Source of the DNA: a virus | Direction: 5' to 3' (one strand) | DNA length: 64,000 bases | Virus record (IMG/VR): IMGVR_UViG_3300045988_107225 | Shown here: positions 55,777 through 64,000 of the stretch, one piece after another | Numbering within the stretch: the stretch's first letter is position 1 | Layout: each line of letters opens with the position of its first letter | Position numbers and translations under genes: made by a program | The notes under the pieces: model-generated | Database searches by the model: none | Told to the model about the DNA's origin: nothing | What the model saw: the letters and a program-made list of their open reading frames with translations, nothing else

Positions 55777-58035
55777 TTATTTGCATTCTAATTTGTTAAG
55801 ATCATCCAATTCAGACTTGCTTATGGTCATATCTTGCGTCAAGCCAGATCTGTTTTGGTATGGAGCGTAATCGGTTTCTACTGTCTTAGCCTTCTGGGTA
55901 GAATCGTATTTCACCTCCGATTCGGTCCCTGTCAGATTTTGGTAGATAGAGCCGGAACTACTTTCGCTTACTTTAGACCATATCTTATTACCTACTCTTA
56001 TAAAATTATCATAAATACCTTCGGCTGTTATAACACCATCTTGCTCTACGATATTAGGGCCCGATTTTTCTTTTAACAGATACGGGTGCCTGGTGTAAAA
56101 ATAGTGTTCAAAATCATTCTCGGCATACGAAGGGTCATACCTATCCAAATAAAACAATTTTGATAAAAAAGGGTCGGTGCTGGTCATGCTATAATCAAAC
56201 AACATCAACCTGTCTTTTCCAGATAAAGATAATTCTATTGATTTCAAAATATCAGGATCATCAGAAATAAGACCCAAAGATGGACCAGATTTGAAGTCAA
56301 GATACTTATAGGCATTATCATATAATTTTGTTTTATGGAGTTTGTTGTCAAGGTAATATTGGTATAAATCGAATAAGGATAATGGGTTTTCGCTATCTTG
56401 TTTTTTGTTCATGTACCGACTAAATTCCCGATCCACATCCGCGTAAGAAACATCAAGTACCGCCGGGTGCCCAAACGCCATCCTGGTCATTATCATGTCC
56501 TCCGTGTTCTGAGAATCCATGAACGATCTGACGTATTTTTTAATGGAATCCATGAGCGTATTATTATCTACGTTCCGTACTTTCTCTTTATCCAAAACGC
56601 CGTTCTTAAAACAAGATTCAGGATATATTTTAGCAGGAAAGTGAGTTAGGTTGTGCTTGGCTAACACTGTTGATATTTGATACATCTCGTTAAGATCATC
56701 TTTGCTGATCCTTTGATATAGATTATCTCCTACCTTAAGCAATGAATGTTTCTCAAATGCTTCTACTGGGTCTATATTTGATTCAGAATAAACGATATTC
56801 AAATTATCCATATACTCCGGCAATAATCCAAAATAATAGTCTGTACTATCACCAAGAACATCATCAATAGAAGATGCCAACGTAGGAGCATAATTTACAT
56901 CATTGTGCCTGGCCACATAAATATCAAGATCCAGCATCAAATTATCTATCTTATTCAAAGATTCTTCTGTGCCATCATAAGTTTCTGACGCCCCTATTAT
57001 ATCTATGCCAAACCACGTACAAGCCTCTTCTATATCCCATATCATGCTTCTTAAATCAGATTCGGTGTCAGCGTTAGCCCTATTTAAATAAGCTGATATA
57101 CGAGCTCTTAGGAACTCTATTTTGCCAGGATTGTAATAAGACAGATCTTGTAGCTTAGACAAGGATCTTCTCTTGCCTTCTACCACATCATCCCCTTCTA
57201 TGTTTATTACCGGAATCTTATTCGTAGATAAAAACTCATCAAACATAGATTCGGCAAATTCTTTATCAGAAACAAATTTCTCAACCAGTTCAGGATATGA
57301 GTTTCTCAACGATTCAAAAGCAGATGAAAATTCAGAAAATTTTTTTATGCCGGCTACTGTTTTACGCATAGCATAATAAAGCTCAGAAGGATTATATGGT
57401 ACTTTTTTACCAAATTGGTTAAACACTCCCTCCTTGTAAACAATAGGACCATACTGATAGTCAACAGACATAAAATAATTATCTTTTTCCCTATCATGTT
57501 CGTTATTGGAATAATCCAATAACTTCCTCATGGATGTCGAAACTTCATTAAGAACAGAAGGATCAGATAAGATTCTACTTATCTCTGTTTCATTATACAA
57601 GCCTGATCTTCTTAAATTCTGCTCATTCAGTATCAAACTACCATCTACATAAAAATAATGAAGAATGATGTTGGATAATGATGGTGCCGTATAAACACCA
57701 TAGGTAGATAAAAGAAAATCTCTTACATCCTTAACATCCTGATCCGTTAGAGGATCGGCAAAATAAGTTTGACGCTTCATATACGACAGCACGTCTTCTA
57801 AAAGAGGTTCACCATTGGAATCGGTATTAAACATCTCCCCTGGAGCCGGGTTATTCCAATGACCGTAATACGACAAAAAACCAGGAGTGTAAACCTTAGC
57901 CCATACCTGAAGGGCCCGCTCGCTGTTTCCTAATAATTTTAAGGCACTTTCGTAAAGAACGGAAGGCTCCCAGTTAGGAGCCTTAACCCGTTTTATTTCA
58001 TTTTCCTTTTTTTCTATCTGACATTTGACACCCAT
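55777..58035 (-). CDS. large virion-associated protein (752 aa)
   Basis: ORF track; ATG start; TAacTTTG motif 17 nt upstream. Confidence 0.8.
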   Translation of the reverse strand: MGVKCQIEKKENEIKRVKAPNWEPSVLYESALKLLGNSERALQVWAKVYTPGFLSYYGHWNNPAPGEMFNTDSNGEPLLEDVLSYMKRQTYFADPLTDQDVKDVRDFLLSTYGVYTAPSLSNIILHYFYVDGSLILNEQNLRRSGLYNETEISRILSDPSVLNEVSTSMRKLLDYSNNEHDREKDNYFMSVDYQYGPIVYKEGVFNQFGKKVPYNPSELYYAMRKTVAGIKKFSEFSSAFESLRNSYPELVEKFVSDKEFAESMFDEFLSTNKIPVINIEGDDVVEGKRRSLSKLQDLSYYNPGKIEFLRARISAYLNRANADTESDLRSMIWDIEEACTWFGIDIIGASETYDGTEESLNKIDNLMLDLDIYVARHNDVNYAPTLASSIDDVLGDSTDYYFGLLPEYMDNLNIVYSESNIDPVEAFEKHSLLKVGDNLYQRISKDDLNEMYQISTVLAKHNLTHFPAKIYPESCFKNGVLDKEKVRNVDNNTLMDSIKKYVRSFMDSQNTEDMIMTRMAFGHPAVLDVSYADVDREFSRYMNKKQDSENPLSLFDLYQYYLDNKLHKTKLYDNAYKYLDFKSGPSLGLISDDPDILKSIELSLSGKDRLMLFDYSMTSTDPFLSKLFYLDRYDPSYAENDFEHYFYTRHPYLLKEKSGPNIVEQDGVITAEGIYDNFIRVGNKIWSKVSESSSGSIYQNLTGTESEVKYDSTQKAKTVETDYAPYQNRSGLTQDMTISKSELDDLNKLECK

Positions 58036-58052
58036 AATGATTAACTTTTTTG

Positions 58053-58060
58053 CAAAGTTA
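58053..58060 (-). promoter_or_regulatory. TAnnTTTG motif (TAACTTTG on - strand) 17 nt upstream of the 752-aa gene ATG
   Basis: Read directly; same 17-nt spacing as at 21996. Confidence 0.25.
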
Positions 58061-58061
58061 A

Positions 58062-58592
58062 TTATAAAACCGACTTATACAATAACGGATCCCAAACTCC
58101 TTCTATATAAATCTCTGGAAAACTTAAACCGCCATCACGAAGAGTAGTAACTTTCAAACTGGGAATGTTAAAAACGGTGCTGACATTACTAAACTCACCA
58201 TTCAATTTAATGGCATTTCCGCTATTATCAGCTTCATAATAACAATAACAATAATTTTCATTAATGCTTGGATCATATTCGTACCAATATGTTAGATCTT
58301 GTATATGGTCTTCTATATTACCAATTTTATTTTCACCTAATATAAAAATACCATTATTGCTATGATGATAAACCATAGATTCATAACCGCCATAATTCCA
58401 GTCGCTATTAAACATTACATAACTTCCATCAGAATCATTATCTTTTAATACAGGTCCTATATGTATATGAATTTTATTAAACTGACATACATAAGGTCTT
58501 TTTCCTCCAAGCCTTTTTATATCTTCATTGGATAACTTATTATAACATCCTCCCACAAAATTATCCGCAGCATTAAAAAATCTCCTTCTCAT
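58062..58592 (-). CDS. hypothetical protein (176 aa from ATG at 58592)
   Basis: Track start 58601 is GTG and overlaps the upstream stop; ATG sits 2 nt after the 1788-aa gene stop. Confidence 0.55.
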   Translation of the reverse strand: MRRRFFNAADNFVGGCYNKLSNEDIKRLGGKRPYVCQFNKIHIHIGPVLKDNDSDGSYVMFNSDWNYGGYESMVYHHSNNGIFILGENKIGNIEDHIQDLTYWYEYDPSINENYCYCYYEADNSGNAIKLNGEFSNVSTVFNIPSLKVTTLRDGGLSFPEIYIEGVWDPLLYKSVL

Positions 58593-58594
58593 AC

Positions 58595-61500
58595 TCAACA
58601 CTCCTTATTTAACTCATTTATCGAATCCGAATTATCAGAACCTTCTACAAGATTCTTATTCCTATCTATCTCTTCCTGGCTCATATTACTCATCATATTT
58701 TGTATTTTTCTACCAGATTGAGATAAAGAACGGATGAATGCACTGGAACTTATCTTAACTCCAAGATCCGGTTTTACCCTAAACGCTTCACCGGTACTGA
58801 TATTATACAAATCATACACACCTGAGTTCATATAGAATTTATATATCCAGTTTCCACCAGCTTTTTTGTACCCTAATTTGGTTAACTCGACTACACTCAT
58901 ACCAAATTTAATGCCATTACGACCCATTATCTTCTCCGGTATAGGTTCTACCTTAGCCGGAACAGATGTATATGCTTCATCACCGCCGTACAGGAAATAA
59001 GGGGTTGTTACCCTTGATATGTGAGTAAGCGGTTCTTCGGATATACGAGGTTCGTCTTTCTCGGCCTTAGATTCTTTCCTTGGATTGGATATTCTAATAA
59101 AAGGATCGTATGTTAAAAAGGTTAAGCCGTATTCTACTTTATAACCTGATACGCCGTTAAGATCCCTTATAGCCTTAGTCGTATGCGAGTGGTTGATGGT
59201 GTCTATCCCGTACCTTGATTCCATATCGGTCATAATGCTATTAACTTCATCCCCCTCTACATAAACCTCTTCTCCTTCCGGGATAGAGGTTATGCCGGCA
59301 GCCCTTCTAAGTAACCATAAAGTAACTTCGGCAATATCAGAGAACTTATCTCCGTTCTTCTTATAGTTATCTACTCTTCCTTCTTCAGATCCAGGTAAAT
59401 AGACATCTCCCTCAGCTTTGCCATCATCTCTGGGTTGTCCTTCTCTTTTTCCATCTCCCTTTTTATCGCCATCTTCCTCAGCGCGTACTGCACCGCCTTC
59501 TGCACTTCCTTCTTTTCCATCATTTAAAATATTATCTGATTCTGACTCTATAGACTCCACAACAGCATCATACTCTGGAATGCCGCTAAGGAAATCTGCT
59601 ACGTTATTCAAAAACTCTATTTTTTCCTCGTTTGTCATATCAAGGCTTTCCATAGGTCTCCATATGGCAGGCAGGTTATTTGATTCTATTGCAGTAGAAA
59701 CATCTTCTACAGTTTGATTATCTACCGTAGGCAAAACTTCAGAAACCAAACTATTGATGTCAGATTCCATTTTTTCTACTTCCTCTTTTGTGCCATATTC
59801 TTTTAGGGCATCCATGCCATTGACTCTAAGAGAATAATTCAAAGCCTTGCTTGGAACAAAATTAATATATTTCAAAAAGTTTTTCAACTCTGATATAATT
59901 TGTTCGTCAGATCTTGGACCAACATAATCAACCACCACCTGATCTGTTTGAGAACGAAGCCAAGAAACATATTCTTCTAAGGTCTTACCTCCCTTTTTAG
60001 AAGGAGTGGATATTTTATCACCTACTGTTCCTTTAGGTTCTAATCCCATTTCTTCCTTAAGGCTTTTAGGATTACCTCTCTCACGAAGAAACCTCAAATC
60101 ACCTCCTACAATCTTCCTTGCTATAAAATCAAAAATATTAGCATAAGACGGCAATCCTTCTTTTTCTATATGAGATTCTATTTCGTTTAACATAAGAGAG
60201 AAGTTTTTTCTGGAGGTGCGCTTCTTGCCATGTAAGGACTGCGTAGCTTGTGTCGTAGGAGTCGGATGAGCTAATGGCGCCGGCTGAGTCCCCCGGACAG
60301 GGTCTTCCTCTGGCATTTCCTCTTCGTAAATATCCACATCTTCCTTGGAAGTAACGGTCTTACCCTCATCGGAGAAAGGGAGATCATCTTCTATAAGTGA
60401 TTTAGGTCTGGAAGATGATTTACCAAACTGAATCCTGATCTTAGGAGCAACAAACATCTCACCTTCGAAATCTATTCCAGATTCTACTTCAGACGTCACA
60501 ATGTCTTTCACACTCCTACTTTCATCTTCTACCCACTTAACAACATCAGGAACTGTAGATAATTTTTCTATAGCCTCACGAGCTTTTCTAAGCCCTGAAA
60601 TAGGATTCAAATACGATACTTGATACGAAGCCGGATCAAGGCCTAACTTGGTTAGATACGCATTAAGATCTTGTATATCATCTTGACCCATCTGTAACAA
60701 TTCAGAGTCACCTGATTCAAGCAGCATATCTATAAAAGAAATCCATTTCTTTCCTTCCTCTGATTCCACAGAACGTAGACTAACCGGGAAAAGATAATTA
60801 AGACCGTTTTTGCCTTTGATGACAACTACCGGAACTCTTACATTTTTGTAATTATTCCCCTTGTCATTTAATATAGAATAAGCAAATGGGAAGCCTGTGT
60901 ATTTAGATCCGTTCTTAAGCACGACTTTGCCATTTAATACATATCCGACATCAGATACTTTTTCAGCTCCTTTTTCGGTAATAGGGAGATTTTCTACCTG
61001 ACCATATCCTTGACCGTTTACTCTCATGTTAAACACCGGTCTTCCAGGAAGGGTCTGGGCAACAACATGCGTGCCGACGTTGATGGTGGCCGACCGGCCG
61101 GCGTCCTTCTTCCACTTGTTAAAAGCCGTTCTTCTTATCTTACTTATACCATCTATGCCTCCTGTGTCAGCTTTTACAACAGAAACGAATCTGTTTCCAC
61201 TCATGACCTTGATAACCATATTGGATACCAGCTTATTTTCAGCAGATTCTATTCTTTTTTTATCACCGGACTGAACAGCATCATTGTATTCGGCAAAAAG
61301 AGACTGATTATAGGTATCATTTGCATCTATCTCAAGATTAACCTTATCTCCTTTCTTCAAAGAAGATAATGCTTCCTGATCTATTTTATCTACTTCATTC
61401 TCTCCGAATCCAACACCTGTTCTGTACGGAACCAATTCGTCTGAATCAAGACGCTTATAAACCAAAGAATATGAATTACCCACGTCCTGAATAGACACAT

Positions 61501-63961
61501 CTGTGTAACGGTTAAGAACACGAGCCGATTCTTTGTCTATAGACCATCTCGCATGATAAGGCAGTTCAATTATAGTAGCCGTTTCTCCACCTATGTTAAG
61601 AGAATACCTTTTAGTACCATTAGCGTTCGTTTCAGAGCTTATTTGAATAGGAACCAATGATTTTATAGAAGATATAAATTTATCGGCTCTAAGACCTGCA
61701 ATTTCATACCTTTCATTGCCGTCATTGGAGATTCTTCTTACCATCAACGTCTCTGGATTCTGGGCGCTATCTATATTGGCTCCCGGCGTATTATCAGATT
61801 CGTCTAATTCATTTACAAGAGAATCTATATTAGCATCATCCTCCCCAAAATTACTTAACGTAGATTCGGAAATACGACCTTTATCAATAATCCTGTTTTG
61901 TTCGATATAAGGAAGGAGATCCGTGATGTTTCCAACCTGGCCAAGATCTTCTATGGTAAATACCGAATCGGCAAGCTTATCTTCGTCAACTTTCTCCCCT
62001 TTGTCCCGTCTGTTCATTATATCAACATACGAAGAAATAGCATCATCAAGTTCCTTCCTTTGATCTGGTTCCAAATTGGATTTAGCCATATCAATAATAG
62101 CTTTATTATCCTCATACACAGATCTCGGACTTGTAAGCCTATCAGCCTTTTCAGATAATGATTTTATGAGATTAACGGGACTGTCACCCAAAGACGATAC
62201 ATAATCATCAAAATCTTGTTTGTATTTATCATACACATCTTTTTCTCTCTCAGTAAGAAGATCGGCATTACCTGTATATAGTTTATCAATTATAGACTGC
62301 CTTACGGCCGGAACCATAATAGGATTATCCATAGCAGCCTCATAATCTTCATCCGATACAGACTCCGTAAGCGGTGACTCTTTTATATCATCTTCTGCTT
62401 CCTTCATCCTATCTTCCCTTACTTTATCAAGAGCATGCATAAAAGCCTTGATAGTCCAAGCTTCGTCTTCCGAAATCTTACCTTCTGACACAGCTTGATC
62501 TACTACCTCATCAGTGTCATATTCACCAACTTTATTAGACTCTGCAAAATCAGGAACCTTGTCATCCCCTTTATAAGGAGTAGACCATAGAGAAGACAGC
62601 GCTTTTGAAAACCCCCTGTTTTCCTCAGCTAAGAATCTTTTATCAAGCATCTTAGACAAGAAGTTATTCATATTCCTATAGTCCATCAAACTTCTTCGGT
62701 ATTCATTTACCAAGGATCTCATGGCTTTGTCTTTGGCTGTAAACTTCTTTTCCTGTCTTGATTTTACATTAAAATAATCATCAAAAGCCACAAGCGTATC
62801 ATAGGCTTCTATCACATCTTGTGAACTTATGGGAGAAAGAGGAGATGATAAAACAGATTCGGTTTTACTTACCAGCTCTTCTATCGAAAACTCTTTTCCT
62901 ATTAACGTTGATAACTCAGACAACGAATTGTTGTAATTGGTTCTAAGGCTTTCCAATTCTTTGGTTTTTCGTTGTATGGATTCAGCTTGTGGATCTTTCC
63001 CTTCTACGCTGCGAGGGCGGGTAGCAAGATCTTCTATTTCGGATTCAAGTTCTTCTATTCTTGACCGTATGCCACGGATAGCCATCGCCCGCTCCCTTGC
63101 CCTGTCCGACAGCCGGGAGAACGTACTTAGAGCATCCGCCACGCGAGGCTGCCCCGAAAGCGTTTCTATGACAGAAGCTATGTCTTTCATTCTTGATTCC
63201 GATTGAAGACCAAGAAAAGCATTACGAGCCACGTATTTCCTAAACTCAATCTTAGAATCATCACCTATAAGATCTTCGGCAAAACTCTGGGCAGATCTGA
63301 AATCCGAAAGACGATTATTATAATTATCAATAATAGAGTCCTTGTATTTCTTTGCCTCTTCCAAAGACATTCCATTAGCTTCGGCTATTTCCGAAATAGG
63401 CATCATATCAATCATCTGCCGGAAATTTTCAGCCGAATCCTCTAAGGTTCCCATTTGGTTGTCAATAGACATCTTTTCAAACATAGCATCATCAAGCTCC
63501 TTACCAGTCATAGACTGGGCATCGGAACGAACTTGAGGCCCTAAACTCATTGATTTTTTCAACGTATTCAAAGCCGCCGTGTTAAGATTAGAAGATGCTT
63601 TGTTATATTCATTCACTTGCCTTTCCAGCAAGATCTGACTATTACTATACTCTTTCACCCCAAAGAAGCCTTCTCTCATACCAAACAAAGAACCGATAAT
63701 AGCACCGATTCCTATTTCAGTCCATCCTTCTTTAGACGTATATTGCTTTTTAAATCCTTCAGAAATAGCATCAAGAACATCAACGGCTCCGTTCATGGCG
63801 ACATTATCATATCTTGACTTAACATATTCCTCAGCCGTATTCTGAACAGCACCTTGAGATCCTTCTTCCCATAAGCCTTCAGATACCGGTCTTTTCATGA
63901 TATTGAAAACATTGCCTGCTATCTTCTGTCCTATATTGGGATTGGTTATTTTAATAGCCAT
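58595..63961 (-). CDS. giant virion-associated protein (1788 aa), candidate crAss-like cargo/structural protein
   Basis: Uninterrupted 5.4-kb ORF with ATG at 63961; internal P/A/T-rich and E/D/K-rich linkers. Confidence 0.85.
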   Translation of the reverse strand: MAIKITNPNIGQKIAGNVFNIMKRPVSEGLWEEGSQGAVQNTAEEYVKSRYDNVAMNGAVDVLDAISEGFKKQYTSKEGWTEIGIGAIIGSLFGMREGFFGVKEYSNSQILLERQVNEYNKASSNLNTAALNTLKKSMSLGPQVRSDAQSMTGKELDDAMFEKMSIDNQMGTLEDSAENFRQMIDMMPISEIAEANGMSLEEAKKYKDSIIDNYNNRLSDFRSAQSFAEDLIGDDSKIEFRKYVARNAFLGLQSESRMKDIASVIETLSGQPRVADALSTFSRLSDRARERAMAIRGIRSRIEELESEIEDLATRPRSVEGKDPQAESIQRKTKELESLRTNYNNSLSELSTLIGKEFSIEELVSKTESVLSSPLSPISSQDVIEAYDTLVAFDDYFNVKSRQEKKFTAKDKAMRSLVNEYRRSLMDYRNMNNFLSKMLDKRFLAEENRGFSKALSSLWSTPYKGDDKVPDFAESNKVGEYDTDEVVDQAVSEGKISEDEAWTIKAFMHALDKVREDRMKEAEDDIKESPLTESVSDEDYEAAMDNPIMVPAVRQSIIDKLYTGNADLLTEREKDVYDKYKQDFDDYVSSLGDSPVNLIKSLSEKADRLTSPRSVYEDNKAIIDMAKSNLEPDQRKELDDAISSYVDIMNRRDKGEKVDEDKLADSVFTIEDLGQVGNITDLLPYIEQNRIIDKGRISESTLSNFGEDDANIDSLVNELDESDNTPGANIDSAQNPETLMVRRISNDGNERYEIAGLRADKFISSIKSLVPIQISSETNANGTKRYSLNIGGETATIIELPYHARWSIDKESARVLNRYTDVSIQDVGNSYSLVYKRLDSDELVPYRTGVGFGENEVDKIDQEALSSLKKGDKVNLEIDANDTYNQSLFAEYNDAVQSGDKKRIESAENKLVSNMVIKVMSGNRFVSVVKADTGGIDGISKIRRTAFNKWKKDAGRSATINVGTHVVAQTLPGRPVFNMRVNGQGYGQVENLPITEKGAEKVSDVGYVLNGKVVLKNGSKYTGFPFAYSILNDKGNNYKNVRVPVVVIKGKNGLNYLFPVSLRSVESEEGKKWISFIDMLLESGDSELLQMGQDDIQDLNAYLTKLGLDPASYQVSYLNPISGLRKAREAIEKLSTVPDVVKWVEDESRSVKDIVTSEVESGIDFEGEMFVAPKIRIQFGKSSSRPKSLIEDDLPFSDEGKTVTSKEDVDIYEEEMPEEDPVRGTQPAPLAHPTPTTQATQSLHGKKRTSRKNFSLMLNEIESHIEKEGLPSYANIFDFIARKIVGGDLRFLRERGNPKSLKEEMGLEPKGTVGDKISTPSKKGGKTLEEYVSWLRSQTDQVVVDYVGPRSDEQIISELKNFLKYINFVPSKALNYSLRVNGMDALKEYGTKEEVEKMESDINSLVSEVLPTVDNQTVEDVSTAIESNNLPAIWRPMESLDMTNEEKIEFLNNVADFLSGIPEYDAVVESIESESDNILNDGKEGSAEGGAVRAEEDGDKKGDGKREGQPRDDGKAEGDVYLPGSEEGRVDNYKKNGDKFSDIAEVTLWLLRRAAGITSIPEGEEVYVEGDEVNSIMTDMESRYGIDTINHSHTTKAIRDLNGVSGYKVEYGLTFLTYDPFIRISNPRKESKAEKDEPRISEEPLTHISRVTTPYFLYGGDEAYTSVPAKVEPIPEKIMGRNGIKFGMSVVELTKLGYKKAGGNWIYKFYMNSGVYDLYNISTGEAFRVKPDLGVKISSSAFIRSLSQSGRKIQNMMSNMSQEEIDRNKNLVEGSDNSDSINELNKEC

Positions 63962-64000
63962 CTCTCCCGGCTTCGCAACTTCCGTCCCTAATCCAAATAA

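Noticed and set aside
21996-58060. Treating the TAnnTTTG motifs as confident Bacteroidota promoters and proof of host
   Set aside because: Chance expectation in an AT-rich 64-kb sequence is dozens of occurrences, and several in intergenic DNA are expected. I list only four of them as low-confidence regulatory features. The 17-nt spacing shared by two of them is only mild support.
12240-63140. Interpreting all GC-rich patches as additional DGR variable regions
   Set aside because: Only 17281-17418 encodes the CLec/DUF1566 VR consensus. The other patches share no similarity with it or with each other, and several are plain P/A/E or R/G linkers.
44440-63817. + strand ORFs inside the giant - strand genes (for example 44440-44958, 45976-46431, 48599-48931, 61010-61369, 62937-63536)
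   Set aside because: They sit inside uninterrupted multi-kb - strand ORFs, so they are shadow ORFs.
44077-63961. Calling one giant ORF the virion RNA polymerase outright
   Set aside because: I could not find the catalytic DxDGD-type or any double-psi beta-barrel signature by eye. It is left as a candidate pending profile or structure searches.
1-64000. CRISPR arrays, rRNA genes, integrase, attachment sites and transposase-like genes
   Set aside because: No regularly spaced direct repeats, no rRNA-like conserved blocks and no recombinase motifs were seen. The window looks like the core of a lytic-type phage genome.

Overview
This window is an AT-rich double-stranded DNA phage segment; every GC value here is a by-eye estimate, nothing was computed. 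It has two opposed gene modules. The + strand module (1-42414) holds about 85 tightly packed, often overlapping genes (ATGA and TAATG junctions). Most are small hypothetical proteins, with an embedded DNA-replication and nucleotide-metabolism set recognisable from motifs: a zinc-ribbon/Toprim primase, a DnaB-like helicase, a RecB/Cas4-like Fe-S nuclease, an SF2 (DExH) helicase, an orphan C5-cytosine methyltransferase, a KilA-N protein, a DUF5664-like dNTP diphosphohydrolase, a CCA-enzyme-like nucleotidyltransferase and an ABC-type ATPase. The - strand module (42504-63961) holds three giant ORFs (2140, 752 and 1788 aa) plus small genes. That layout fits a crAss-like (Crassvirales-type) podophage of a Bacteroidota host, but the assignment is not proven. 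The modules converge on a perfect 13-bp-stem hairpin (42461-42501). No DNA polymerase, terminase, capsid or lysis genes are present, so the genome must extend beyond this window. I found no rRNA, tRNA or CRISPR array by eye. The most interesting content is: (1) an acyl-carrier-protein / NfeD / flotillin (SPFH) gene cluster inside the phage early region; (2) a DUF1566/C-type-lectin-like C-terminus carrying the hallmark of a diversity-generating retroelement variable region, with no template repeat (TR) or reverse transcriptase (RT) in the window; (3) many 50-130 bp GC-rich, GC3-rich patches embedded in frame in the AT-rich genome; (4) a G9 homopolymer at the 5' end of a - strand gene; (5) a structured 163-bp intergenic region with tandem CGGGAA repeats and a T10 run. 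Many ORF-track starts are TTG or GTG, and I substituted an in-frame ATG where I verified one. All function calls come from motif recognition without database searches, and coordinates I computed myself may be off by a few bases.
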